Below are positions 7,220 to 17,453 of a stretch of DNA of 37,663 nt, one piece after another. The first letter of the stretch is position 1. Each line of letters opens with the position of its first letter. Below the pieces are notes generated by a model that had not been told where the DNA came from, ran no database searches, and was given only the letters and a program-made list of their open reading frames with translations. The stretch is from a virus (taxonomy: Duplodnaviria > Caudoviricetes): positions 1 to 37,663 of IMG/VR virus record IMGVR_UViG_3300031689_000016; one strand, written 5' to 3'. The position numbers and the translations under genes are program-made.

Positions 7220-10200
7220 ATGAGTCAGACTAATTTTTTAGCAGAGAACTGTGTTCTTGAAGTAGGAGAAGTTACTGGAACTAAAGATTTCACAACTGAA
7301 ACTCAAACAGGAACTACAACTACAGTGAAATTTATTGGGTGCAAAGATAAAGCTTCTTATTTTGATCAGGGATTTAATATAGTTGATCCCTACATGAATA
7401 GAGTATGTTATACAGGTGTTGTTCCTGCTCTAAATAGTTATTTAGGTGGTACTTTACAAGAAGCTATTGGTGTTGGGTGTATATCTCAAGGATGCCTACT
7501 TACTTATTTGGCAACTTGGAATGGGAATCAATTTGAACCAGGAACTAATATTGATGATAACAAAATAATTTACTCTACATTATATAAAAATAGTAGTTAT
7601 GCTCCTGTTGGTCTTGTTTGGTTATCTCCATTCCCAATAACTTCTAATCATTTTGTGCCTTACAATGCACAAGGTCAAGGTGCTAACCCTCAAGGAAGAA
7701 GCATATATTATACGCACAATTCAAACACAATAGGAAGTTCAAATAATGTTACAAAAAGAGAAGGTGTTGTTTTTGATGTAATGGGAAAGGCTGCTGGTGA
7801 TGATATTTTGCTTATGGGTAATGGTTCTGATTATATGGATGATTACTCTTTAATATGTCCTGATTTATGGAACGCACCTGAAGATTATAGTTGGTATATA
7901 TCTGCTTATATGCACAGTCATAATTGGGATAGTTCTTTAGGTAGTGGACAGCCATTTCATTGGATAGGAGGAAGTTTATCTGTTAGAACAGAAATTGGTT
8001 CTTATGAAGGCTCTTTATACAGAGATACATCATTAAATGTTCAGAAAAACCAATGTTATGATAGTGAAGGATTACTTGGATTAAGGTCTGATTATTGGGG
8101 TGATATGGTAGGAACAGGAGGAGCAGATTGTTTTCAAGTTGAAATTTCAATATCTCAAATAACTAATGCAACTTTATCTGTACTTGAAGGAAATCCTGAT
8201 GATACAAATATAACATCTATTCCAGGACAACTGAAGAAGTTTCACTCTCCTGGTGTTTATACAGTTTGTTTAAGTGCATTAAAAAGAAGTGCAATTTGGA
8301 ATGACACAGCATATAGTGGAGGTCTTTTACAAATGGATGGTAATAGAGCTTTTGATTGGGCTGATGGAGCTGTAAACCTTGTAGAAGCAAAGGCTATAGA
8401 TAACTCCATACCTGCTAGATTAACATTAGACTACATAAAGGTAACAAAGCAAGATCCAGACTTTCAAACAACTACTGAACCTATAATGACTTCAGTAGTA
8501 AACTATACTGTAGACCAGTTGTCTTGGAATCATTTAGATATTTTTGATAGTGAAGCAATGCCTTTAGCTTTAACTTATAGTATTGGAAGCCTTAAGGATT
8601 TAACAAAAAGAGCAGCAGGTTACTCTAAAACATTTATGATTCCTGCTAATCAACATAATGTTCAAATATTAGAGCCTATGTTGGCTGTTGGTGCTGTGCG
8701 AACTAAAATTGATTGGCAACCTTGTAGAGTAAGTGTGGATGGTATAAATGTTTTTAAAGGATTAATGAGAGTAGAAGAGGGGGTTTCAGGAAGTGGAGGA
8801 GCTTTTTCTTGTCATATAATTGAGGACTCTATAGATTGGACAAATCTACTAGAAGATTTAACTATATGTGATGTTGCTATTATTGAAGAGGACTCATCTA
8901 AACAAGAAAAAAGTTACGATAACATTGTAAGTTCTTGGGATAATGATCCTCATAATGGGGATTCTTATCATTTTGGTTTAGTTAATTATGGTGAATGGAA
9001 CGCTGAATCTTTAAATACTACTTCTACTCCAGATTATCAAAAAAATTCAATGGACTTTCATCCATCTATTTTTGCCTACAGCCTTATACATAAAATATTT
9101 CAAGGGATTGGATATACATTAGAAAGTAATTTTGTTGAATCTCCAACATTTGCAAAGTTATGCCATCCTTATAGTTCAGGTGAAGAGTATATAGAAACAG
9201 ATTTATTTGATGCAAATGGTAGTCAATACGCTAGAGTAGCAAGGTCAGCTAAAACAACAGCAGCAGGTAGCTTTAGTTCAGGAGGAAAATGTCCACATGG
9301 AGCTACTAGATACTGGTACCCAAATATAGTTTTAGGAACAGATGTAGGTAATAATTGGAATGGTAATAGTTCTACTACAGGATATACAGTTCCTTTTACT
9401 GGAGATTATTCTATTATGCTTAACAGTAAACTATATGTTTCTCAAAATAATGCTGCTAATGGTAGTAATACATATATGGGAACACAGCTAATGATTAATA
9501 GTTCTATTATATCATCTGGAAGTGGATGGATTGGTGGTCAAATAGTTCACAACTCAACATCAGGAGCATCAAATGGGGTTACTGGAACTTCAACCCATGT
9601 TAGAACTCTTAATGCTGGAGATTGGATTTCATATAGAGTTATAGGAGTAAATAATTCTTCTGTTTGGGATATGTGGGGTGATGCAGCAGAGATGGTAATG
9701 TCTGTTTATCCAGTAGTTTCTGCAATAATACCTGACTATAACTTTAATTTAAGTAAAATATTGCCTTGTACTAAACAAATGGATTACTTAAAGGGATTAA
9801 CGGAGTTGTTTAATCTACAATGGACTGCTGATAAAGAATTAAAAGTAGTCAAAGTTGAGCCTTATAATCAATTTTTTGGTTCAGGAAAAGTAGTAGATTG
9901 GACAGGTAAATTAGATACAACTAGCTGGAGTGATAATTATATAATAAAAGAGTTAGCTCAAAGTGTTACTTTTAAATATAAAAAAGACTCTAAAGATAAA
10001 GGTATAGCAGGATTATATAATTGGAGGGAGCAAAATGGTTTAACAGAATATAAATCTTATACAGAGCTTAATGAAAAAAGATTTAGAAAAGAAATTCTTG
10101 AATTAGGTTCAACTGTTTTTAGCTCTACTTATCGTTTTAATAATTATGGATTACAACCTAATCCTAACCAACATTCAAATACACATCCTTACGCACCAAA

Positions 10201-11146
10201 TGCTTACGCATGGGGTGATTTAAGTTGGCAAAACCCATACTCTTATGATGACAATCCTCTTATGCCTGTTATGTGGGATGAAACTGGAGGTCAAATTAAC
10301 GGAGATTTTACTTACCGACCTAGCTATAATCCTACACCTAAATTTGGATTAAGAATTTTAAATTATTATGGGAAACAAAATTGTGTAAATTATTTCTTTT
10401 TAAAGTCTGACAATACAGTTCAAATGACTAATAAATATCCATATATGGATTGGATAAATGGATGGGATAAAGGAAATCAGATAGATTATTATAATTTATC
10501 TTGGAATGATTATGATGATGGTTATGGTTATACTAGTCCTGGATTGTTTAGTAAGTATTGGCAACACGCTTATAATAAAATGAATGGTGGTGCTATGTTA
10601 AGAACTTGTACTATGGCTTTAACTGCTGAAGATATTAATTTATTTGATTATACTGATTTAGTTCATTTAGAAATAGATGGAGTTTCTACATATTGGACTG
10701 TACAGAGAATTAAAGATTATATGCCAAACAAGAAACAACTTACTGAAGTTGATTTAATTGAATGGAAATATGACCAAAACTATTCACCTAAAAATAATTC
10801 AAAAAAGAAAAGAATTAAAGCAGGTAGTGTTGAGGGAGAAGAAACAATTACTTATCTATCAAGACTTGATACTAGAAAATCAAATAAAATTGACTATAAA
10901 GAAAAAAGAAATGACACTTTATTAGGGGAATCAGGTTTATCAGTTAATTCAAAAGGAGAAATTGTTGTAGGTGCAGATGAATTAATAGTACAAAGTGAAG
11001 ATGGTACAATTTGTAATTTAGTTTATACTGATAAAGAGGATTTAAAGAAGTTATATTTAAAAAAAGAAGAAATACAAGAGATTGACAGATATGGTTTAGA
11101 TGCTGAAAAGCCATATATAGATGAACAAGATGATAATAACTGTTAA
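7220..11146 (+). CDS. Large tail tip/baseplate hub protein
   Basis: 1308 aa, G/S/N/Y/W-rich; LDIF..LTYSI..L..R...YSKTF.IP motif at about residue 439; adjacent to the tape measure gene. Confidence 0.65.
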   Translation: MSQTNFLAENCVLEVGEVTGTKDFTTETQTGTTTTVKFIGCKDKASYFDQGFNIVDPYMNRVCYTGVVPALNSYLGGTLQEAIGVGCISQGCLLTYLATWNGNQFEPGTNIDDNKIIYSTLYKNSSYAPVGLVWLSPFPITSNHFVPYNAQGQGANPQGRSIYYTHNSNTIGSSNNVTKREGVVFDVMGKAAGDDILLMGNGSDYMDDYSLICPDLWNAPEDYSWYISAYMHSHNWDSSLGSGQPFHWIGGSLSVRTEIGSYEGSLYRDTSLNVQKNQCYDSEGLLGLRSDYWGDMVGTGGADCFQVEISISQITNATLSVLEGNPDDTNITSIPGQLKKFHSPGVYTVCLSALKRSAIWNDTAYSGGLLQMDGNRAFDWADGAVNLVEAKAIDNSIPARLTLDYIKVTKQDPDFQTTTEPIMTSVVNYTVDQLSWNHLDIFDSEAMPLALTYSIGSLKDLTKRAAGYSKTFMIPANQHNVQILEPMLAVGAVRTKIDWQPCRVSVDGINVFKGLMRVEEGVSGSGGAFSCHIIEDSIDWTNLLEDLTICDVAIIEEDSSKQEKSYDNIVSSWDNDPHNGDSYHFGLVNYGEWNAESLNTTSTPDYQKNSMDFHPSIFAYSLIHKIFQGIGYTLESNFVESPTFAKLCHPYSSGEEYIETDLFDANGSQYARVARSAKTTAAGSFSSGGKCPHGATRYWYPNIVLGTDVGNNWNGNSSTTGYTVPFTGDYSIMLNSKLYVSQNNAANGSNTYMGTQLMINSSIISSGSGWIGGQIVHNSTSGASNGVTGTSTHVRTLNAGDWISYRVIGVNNSSVWDMWGDAAEMVMSVYPVVSAIIPDYNFNLSKILPCTKQMDYLKGLTELFNLQWTADKELKVVKVEPYNQFFGSGKVVDWTGKLDTTSWSDNYIIKELAQSVTFKYKKDSKDKGIAGLYNWREQNGLTEYKSYTELNEKRFRKEILELGSTVFSSTYRFNNYGLQPNPNQHSNTHPYAPNAYAWGDLSWQNPYSYDDNPLMPVMWDETGGQINGDFTYRPSYNPTPKFGLRILNYYGKQNCVNYFFLKSDNTVQMTNKYPYMDWINGWDKGNQIDYYNLSWNDYDDGYGYTSPGLFSKYWQHAYNKMNGGAMLRTCTMALTAEDINLFDYTDLVHLEIDGVSTYWTVQRIKDYMPNKKQLTEVDLIEWKYDQNYSPKNNSKKKRIKAGSVEGEETITYLSRLDTRKSNKIDYKEKRNDTLLGESGLSVNSKGEIVVGADELIVQSEDGTICNLVYTDKEDLKKLYLKKEEIQEIDRYGLDAEKPYIDEQDDNNC

Positions 11147-11159
11147 AAATTAAAAAACA

Positions 11160-14100
11160 ATGGCTGAAAATACATCAACATTTTACGAGTTTAAAGCAAA
11201 CCTTAAGCAATTAGATTCTCTTAATCTTAAGCTAAAAGAAGCGAAAATGAATCTTTCTGCATTAAGTAAAAGTACAATGGCTTATGGAAAACAGTCAAGA
11301 GCTATTCAAGTAATGACTGCGAAGATGAATCAAAACGCTGCTGCTGCTAGAAAAATGTCTACCGCTGCAAATCGTTTAAATAAAAGAGGTAATAAAATGA
11401 TTGGCATATTTAAGTCTGCCAGTATAGCTATTGCTTCTGCTTTTGCGTTTAGAGCTATAATAGGAGGATTAAGAGGTATTATAACTTCTTTTGCTGGTTT
11501 TGAAAGTCAAATGGCTGCTGTATTAGCAATATCTGGAGCAACTACAAAAGAATTTAAGGCATTAAGAGATTCAGCTTTAGAATTAGGAAAAACAACAGTG
11601 TTTACGGCAACTCAAGTGGGTAAATTACAAGAAGCTTATGCAAGACTTGGTTTTACTGCTAAAGAAATTATAGCAGCTCAAGCCGGTACTTTAGCTCTAG
11701 CAGCAGGAACAGGAGAATCCTTATCAAGTTCAGCACAAATTGCTGGTTCTACTTTAAGAGCTTTTGGAATAGAAGCTGATCAAGCAGGAAGAGTAGCTGA
11801 TATTATGGGAGCTTCTTTTACAAACTCTGCATTAAACCTTGAAAGATTTGGTCAGTCTATGAAGTTTGTAGCTCCAATCGCAAGAGCAGCTGGATTCACT
11901 ATGGAAGAAACTGCTGCGCAAATGATGATACTTGCTGATAATGGTTTACATGGTTCTTTGGCAGGTAATGCTTTAAAGAATATCTTTTTAAGATTAGGTG
12001 ATGCCAACTCTAAACTAAATAAACATTTAGGTAGAACTGTTCAGGGATTACCTCAAATGATTATAGCCTTAAGAGAGATGAAAGATGAGTCTTTTGGTTT
12101 AACTGAAGCAACAGAATTATTAGATAAAAGGTCAGCTCCAGCTTTTCTAGCTTTAATTGAAAACATAGATGGATTGGAATCAGGGCTAGACACCCTTAAT
12201 AATGCTGAAGGTGTTATATCAAGAATGGCAGCAATAAGATTAAATACTCTTGAGGGTGATTTTACTTTATTAAAATCTGCAACTGAAGGATTAGGTATTG
12301 CAATAGGACAAATATTTAATATAAGTTTAAGAAATTCTATAGAAGGATTAACAAATTGGGTTCAAAAACTATCTGCTTCTGAACCAGCAATGAAAAGAAT
12401 AAAAGTTGCTGCTGACCTTATGAGCATTGCTTTTAAAATAATTATTGCAAGATTAGCTCTTTTAAAAATTGTTGGGGTATTTACTAGTATATATAAAGGA
12501 ATTGGTGCATTGGCTGTTGCTGTAAGAGGTTTAACTTTTGCTTCAGGTGCTGCTACTATTTCTTTTAGAGCTTTTGCTGTAGCACTTGCATCTACTGGAG
12601 TTGGAGCTTTTGTTGTAATACTTGGAACTCTAATTGGTTACTTAATGACAATGGGAGATGAGATGGGCGAAGTAGAGTTAATGACTAATAGAATGAATAC
12701 AGCTTTAAATAAAAGTATAAACACTGCATTGTTATTAACTGAGGGAACTCAAGAAAGAACTGCCGCTTTAAGAAAATTAAAGCAAGAACATTCTGAAGTT
12801 TTAAAAGGATATGATGTTGAGATAATGAAAACTACAGAGTTAATGGAACTCATGACTTCATTAAATGAACAAGCTGATTTAAGAGTAAGAATTGCTAGGC
12901 AAGAAGATGTTGTTAATGGTTTAAGTTCAGAAAATCAACTTAAACTAAAACAAGTTAAACTTGATCAATTACTTTTACAAAACGCTATTGATTTAGGACA
13001 TATATCAGAAGAAGATGGTAAAGTAAAAATGAGGTCTTATGCTGAACAAGAAAAAGCAATTACAGATAATAGAGTAATAGTAACACAAGTAGAAAGAGAT
13101 TTATTAAGTAGTTTAAAGAAACAACTAGGTAAGAAAAAAACAGAAGAAAAAGGATGGAATAAATTTAGAGTAGATGCTAATGATACAACTAGACTTACGA
13201 TTAGACAACTATATATAGATGAGTTAGAGGATTTTAGACAATTAACTAGAAATAAACAAACAGTAGAGCTTAAAAAGACAGAAGATGAATTAGCTAGTTT
13301 AAAAGAAATACAACAATACAAGGCTTTAATATTTAAAAGAAATCAAGCATTATTAGATGGAGATACAGAATCAGCTAATGAAGCAAGAAAAGCACAATCC
13401 TCATTTTTGAAAACTTTTAAAGGTAAAGATTTAGCTAATTTTTTAAAGAAAACTGGTGAATGGAGCAGTAATGGTGCTAAATTAAACATCACAATAGATG
13501 AGATGAAAACTAAAGTTACAAATCTTTCTGCTGCTTTAAAAAAGTCAGGTTCAGCTTCAGATTTATCTGCATTAAGTGTTCATAGGTTACAAAGAACAAA
13601 AGATCAGTGGAAAGAGTTGTTTAAATTACAAATTAGAAATATAGAAGATCAAGAAACTAGAGAAATAGCATCAATAGCTAACACTAGAAATGCTCAAAAA
13701 AGAAAATACGCAGCTGAGTTAGTCCTAATGGAATCTAATGTAAATTCTTTAAAAACTCAAATGGATGGTGGTAATGCAAACCAAAATAAAATAGATAAAA
13801 AGTTTTTAGCTAGTAATAAAAATAAATATAAAGTTTTAAAAGCACTTACTATTGAAGGTTGGGCAAAAGCAAATGCAAAAGGTGAAGCAGGACAAAAAGA
13901 GAGATTAAGGTTAATGGAAGCAATGTTAGCAGAAGAAAACGCTAAAATTAAAACTAATGGGCTTATTCAAACACAAATTGATGATGAATTTAATAAAAAA
14001 ATAATAGCTGCTAATATAAAGTTTGATGAAGAAAGAAATCAAAACAATCAAGCAGCTTTTGAGTCTAGGATAGCAAGAGAAGATCAAGGTATAATAAATT

Positions 14101-15104
14101 TCTTTAGAGTAAATAAAGAAAAAGTAGACCATGCTACTAAAATAGCAGATGAAGAATTAGCTATTGCTAAAAGAAGATTTGCTAACGGAGAGTTAAATGA
14201 ACAAGCATTTGCAGCAAGAAAGCTAGAAATTGCTGAAGATTTAAGTGATAAATTAAATGCTTTAGAAGATGCTAGATTAGCTAAAATATCAGAAGTTTAT
14301 GGTATGGCATCTGCTATCGCTATGGAATTTGCTCAAAATCAAGCTGACTTTGCTATCAAGAAATTAAATGAACAGTTTGAAGGAGAAAACGCAGATAGAG
14401 AAAATGCTTTTAGAATTAAACTAGAACAGGCTGAAGCTGCTGGTCAAGACACTGCCGCAATGCAAGAACAGTTTGATGATAGTCAAGTTGCTCAAGAAGC
14501 TATAAAGGAAGAAAAGATAATGGTTATTAAGAGAAAAATGTTCGTTCTTGAAAAAGCCAATAGTGTTGCAACAGCATTAATTAATGGAGCAGTAGCTATA
14601 ACAAAGGTTTCTGAACAAACAGGAGTTGGAGCTATTGTAGCTGCACCTATTATGTCTGCTTTAATAGCTGCTCAAATTGGAATGATTTTATCTAAAAAGT
14701 TTGTTGGAGAACAAGGAGGTATTGTTCCTGGAGAGAAGTTTGCTAAAGGAGGAATGGTTCATGGTGCAAGACACGCACAAGGTGGAGTTAAGTTTGCAGT
14801 AGGAGGAAGAGTAGCTGAGTTAGAAGGTGGGGAAGCTGTTATAAATAGAAAATCTACTAAAATGTTTAGGAGTCAGTTATCAGCAATGAATGTTGCTGGT
14901 GGTGGAGTTAAATTTGAACAAGGAGGTTTAACTCCCGGAACAAATGCCGCTTTAGATGCTAGTAAAGGTAATTGGACTGCTTCAGATATAGCAGGTTTAA
15001 TAGCAGGATCTATTAACTCTCAACAAGTATATGTTTCTGAGTCATCAATAACTAGTTCACAATCCAATGTTTATGTTCAAGAAAGTATGTCTACTATATT
15101 TTAA
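11160..15104 (+). CDS. Tail tape measure protein
   Basis: TP901-type core (FESQMAAVLAISGAT...LGKTTVFTATQVG...MKFVAPIA), long coiled coil, C-terminal FAKGG...GGV...EGGEAVIN. Confidence 0.95.
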   Translation: MAENTSTFYEFKANLKQLDSLNLKLKEAKMNLSALSKSTMAYGKQSRAIQVMTAKMNQNAAAARKMSTAANRLNKRGNKMIGIFKSASIAIASAFAFRAIIGGLRGIITSFAGFESQMAAVLAISGATTKEFKALRDSALELGKTTVFTATQVGKLQEAYARLGFTAKEIIAAQAGTLALAAGTGESLSSSAQIAGSTLRAFGIEADQAGRVADIMGASFTNSALNLERFGQSMKFVAPIARAAGFTMEETAAQMMILADNGLHGSLAGNALKNIFLRLGDANSKLNKHLGRTVQGLPQMIIALREMKDESFGLTEATELLDKRSAPAFLALIENIDGLESGLDTLNNAEGVISRMAAIRLNTLEGDFTLLKSATEGLGIAIGQIFNISLRNSIEGLTNWVQKLSASEPAMKRIKVAADLMSIAFKIIIARLALLKIVGVFTSIYKGIGALAVAVRGLTFASGAATISFRAFAVALASTGVGAFVVILGTLIGYLMTMGDEMGEVELMTNRMNTALNKSINTALLLTEGTQERTAALRKLKQEHSEVLKGYDVEIMKTTELMELMTSLNEQADLRVRIARQEDVVNGLSSENQLKLKQVKLDQLLLQNAIDLGHISEEDGKVKMRSYAEQEKAITDNRVIVTQVERDLLSSLKKQLGKKKTEEKGWNKFRVDANDTTRLTIRQLYIDELEDFRQLTRNKQTVELKKTEDELASLKEIQQYKALIFKRNQALLDGDTESANEARKAQSSFLKTFKGKDLANFLKKTGEWSSNGAKLNITIDEMKTKVTNLSAALKKSGSASDLSALSVHRLQRTKDQWKELFKLQIRNIEDQETREIASIANTRNAQKRKYAAELVLMESNVNSLKTQMDGGNANQNKIDKKFLASNKNKYKVLKALTIEGWAKANAKGEAGQKERLRLMEAMLAEENAKIKTNGLIQTQIDDEFNKKIIAANIKFDEERNQNNQAAFESRIAREDQGIINFFRVNKEKVDHATKIADEELAIAKRRFANGELNEQAFAARKLEIAEDLSDKLNALEDARLAKISEVYGMASAIAMEFAQNQADFAIKKLNEQFEGENADRENAFRIKLEQAEAAGQDTAAMQEQFDDSQVAQEAIKEEKIMVIKRKMFVLEKANSVATALINGAVAITKVSEQTGVGAIVAAPIMSALIAAQIGMILSKKFVGEQGGIVPGEKFAKGGMVHGARHAQGGVKFAVGGRVAELEGGEAVINRKSTKMFRSQLSAMNVAGGGVKFEQGGLTPGTNAALDASKGNWTASDIAGLIAGSINSQQVYVSESSITSSQSNVYVQESMSTIF

Positions 15105-15126
15105 AAATATTTAATATATTTACACC

Positions 15127-15363
15127 ATGAAAGATTTAAGAAAATTGTTCTATCAGTTAATTTTAGGCAAGGGAATAAAGATAGCTTCTAAGGAGTTGTA
15201 CGACAAAAGAATGGATATATGTCGTAGTAATCCTTGTAATGAATATAAGAACCCTCTAGGGCTTAAAATACTAGAAAAATGTGGTGCTTGTGGTTGTTTC
15301 TTAAGAGCAAAAAATAATATAGATGAAAAGTTTATATATTGCCCTAAGAATTGGTGGAAATAA
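15127..15363 (+). CDS. Small Cys-rich protein (DUF6171-like)
   Basis: RMDICxxxxC...CGACGCFLRAK...CPKNWW pattern. Confidence 0.7.
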   Translation: MKDLRKLFYQLILGKGIKIASKELYDKRMDICRSNPCNEYKNPLGLKILEKCGACGCFLRAKNNIDEKFIYCPKNWWK

Positions 15364-15687
15364 ATGGCTAACCACAAAGAGATTATAGATGAATTTTTAG
15401 ATATAGTCTGGAAAGAATCAGAAGCTAGGTGGGGAGAAGATTTTACAGTTAAAGATTTGGTATATCATCTTATTGAAAATGGCATAATACCTCCTAAAGC
15501 ATTAAGAAATTATATGATGTTTAATGATTTTGATAAATTCATAGTAAACAATGAAGGTCATATAGGAAATACTTTTATAGATATATCTATAAGACATGGA
15601 ATAACTGAAAAGCAATGCCGAAATATAATATATAAACAAAGATATAAAACATCTAAAGATTATAATATTATGAAAGAGCAAGATTAG
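15364..15687 (+). CDS. Putative DNA-binding protein with C-terminal HTH (Mor-like)
   Basis: 107 aa; IDISIRHGITEKQCRNII resembles an HTH. Confidence 0.5.
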   Translation: MANHKEIIDEFLDIVWKESEARWGEDFTVKDLVYHLIENGIIPPKALRNYMMFNDFDKFIVNNEGHIGNTFIDISIRHGITEKQCRNIIYKQRYKTSKDYNIMKEQD

Positions 15688-16048
15688 TTAAGTTATAAAA
15701 CTCTATACAACCCTTATCACTCCAAATCTTTTTAGCATATACAGTGTGAATATGAGAATCCTCTTCTAAAAGTGCGTCCATTAAACCTTTTAATAGATTA
15801 TCTATATCAGGTCTTTGTTGATGATTTTTTCCAAGCATTTCTTGTTTCTTTTTAACACTCCAAGACTTAGGCATTGGTATATGAAAATAACAATATATTT
15901 CATTTCCTAATTTAAAATCATTCTTAAAAGCCCATTCTTTTATATCATGTTTATAATCCCAATATTTTAAAACAATAGGTCTTTTTTTCCAAGAATCAGC
16001 TTGAGTCATTCTTGGTTTTGCCATTCCTTTCTTGTTATAGCTAATCAA
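15668..16048 (-). CDS. rusA: RusA-family Holliday junction resolvase
   Basis: KPRMT...FHIPMPKSWS...RPDIDNLLKGLMDAL..EDSHI..VYAKK. Confidence 0.9.
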   Translation of the reverse strand: MISYNKKGMAKPRMTQADSWKKRPIVLKYWDYKHDIKEWAFKNDFKLGNEIYCYFHIPMPKSWSVKKKQEMLGKNHQQRPDIDNLLKGLMDALLEEDSHIHTVYAKKIWSDKGCIEFYNLTNLALS

Positions 16049-16325
16049 CTATTTTAGCATTTGGTATAAACCCTCTTTCACCTCCATTGTTTTCAATGTT
16101 TTGAGTAAGTATCTCTATTCTATCTGTTCCATCATAAACTAATCCTACCATTTTATTTACTCCTTTTTCTTCAAGACCTTCTACCATATCTTTAAGACCT
16201 TTTACATTTATAAATTTACCGCCTTCAGCATTACCTTGAGCTTTTAAATCTATACAAACTCTGTATTGTTCATTGTTATCAATAGAGATTACTTCATTAT
16301 CTGTTTTTGCTTTTGTTTTCTTCAT
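16041..16325 (-). CDS. Hypothetical protein
   Basis: 94-aa ORF in the tightly packed minus-strand operon. Confidence 0.7.
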   Translation of the reverse strand: MKKTKAKTDNEVISIDNNEQYRVCIDLKAQGNAEGGKFINVKGLKDMVEGLEEKGVNKMVGLVYDGTDRIEILTQNIENNGGERGFIPNAKIVD

Positions 16326-16482
16326 TTTCTTTGTTTTTTAATTTATAATTATATTTTTCCAAACATCTTGCGTGTACTATCCCTCCATCATCTCCTTCTC
16401 TTCTATTACAAATACATCCTCTAAATTTCTTATCACACTCCTTACACAACTCTTTATAGTTAGGATCGTTTAATTTAGACAT
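16297..16482 (-). CDS. Hypothetical Cys-containing protein
   Basis: 61 aa with CxxC, CxC and HxxC; operon tiling. Confidence 0.6.
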   Translation of the reverse strand: MSKLNDPNYKELCKECDKKFRGCICNRREGDDGGIVHARCLEKYNYKLKNKENEENKSKNR

Positions 16483-16672
16483 CTTTTTTGTTTTTTAATT
16501 TCTCCATCATAGATTTAAGTCTAGTTTCTACTGCTCCATCTACACTTGAATCATAAGTTCCCCAATCTCCTGGCCAGACTTTAATTCCCTTTAATCTTCT
16601 TTTAGTATTTATATTATCTTGCTTTCTTCTCTCAAGATAATCTTCGTAAGATTCATTTTCTTGTCTTTTCAT
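16475..16672 (-). CDS. Hypothetical protein
   Basis: 65 aa; MKR..NESYEDY..RR N-terminus; operon tiling. Confidence 0.7.
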   Translation of the reverse strand: MKRQENESYEDYLERRKQDNINTKRRLKGIKVWPGDWGTYDSSVDGAVETRLKSMMEKLKNKKDV

Positions 16673-16731
16673 ACTCTTCTAAATTTTCAAATAATTTATT
16701 TTTTTTATATCCAAAAAATGACATTATAAAA

Positions 16732-17043
16732 CTAATCATTTTTTTCCCTTTTTATTTTATCTAACTCAAACTCTAAATGTGCTATTGCTTTAGTAAGACA
16801 CTCTACGGGAGTATCGTGCTTGTGATAGCTCCTTAAAATGTAAGTGGTGGCAGTTGCTAGATGATAAGGAAGTTCAAAGTTATCACAAACTTTCCTAGCC
16901 TCATAGCCTTCTTTTCCTTTATAATAATCAGGCACTCTACTATCACTCATAATACCTCCAGCTCTAGTTTTGCCATCATATTGGTCTGTGTTTCTACCTT
17001 TTTCATAATAGTATTTATTGTGTTTATCCATTAGTTTCTCCAT
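16732..17043 (-). CDS. DUF3310/SaV-like protein
   Basis: PDYY.G...EA..V...F.L.Y.LA.A..YI.R..HK.....C L.KA..HL pattern; the start may be 17031. Confidence 0.7.
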   Translation of the reverse strand: MEKLMDKHNKYYYEKGRNTDQYDGKTRAGGIMSDSRVPDYYKGKEGYEARKVCDNFELPYHLATATTYILRSYHKHDTPVECLTKAIAHLEFELDKIKREKND

Positions 17044-17269
17044 ATCTCCCTTCTATTTCTATATTTGTAATTTTTATATCAACTTCTCCTTCCTTTTTTC
17101 CTATTTGCCTAAACAATTTATTTTTTATATGATTATAAATATCATCTTTATCTTTAGATAATGCAAAAGTATCTATAAATCCGTTTTTTATATGTGTTCT
17201 TATGTAGTTACTTCTTTTGTTGTTTCTATATTCAAAATCAACTAACACCCTGTATATTGGTTTTTTCAT
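17024..17269 (-). CDS. Hypothetical protein
   Basis: 81-aa ORF; operon tiling. Confidence 0.7.
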   Translation of the reverse strand: MKKPIYRVLVDFEYRNNKRSNYIRTHIKNGFIDTFALSKDKDDIYNHIKNKLFRQIGKKEGEVDIKITNIEIEGRYGETNG

Positions 17270-17435
17270 TTATTTTCTCAAGTAATTGATGTGGAGTATA
17301 AATAGGAAGATTATCATTATAATTTCTATATATACAAGTAAAATTTTCTTCTTTACCCATCTTCCAAGTCCATAATACTTTAGCATTTTTCTTAACTTGA
17401 CCTCTTAAAAGTGATTTTATAGTGCTATATTTCAT
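17238..17435 (-). CDS. Hypothetical protein
   Basis: 65-aa ORF directly after a TAACTTTG box. Confidence 0.7.
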   Translation of the reverse strand: MKYSTIKSLLRGQVKKNAKVLWTWKMGKEENFTCIYRNYNDNLPIYTPHQLLEKINEKTNIQGVS

Positions 17436-17439
17436 TTGC

Positions 17440-17447
17440 CAAAGTTA
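17440..17447 (-). promoter_or_regulatory. Bacteroidota -7 promoter element TAACTTTG
   Basis: Exact TAnnTTTG match in an intergenic gap, 4 nt before the ATG at 17435. Confidence 0.55.
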
Positions 17448-17453
17448 ATAAAA

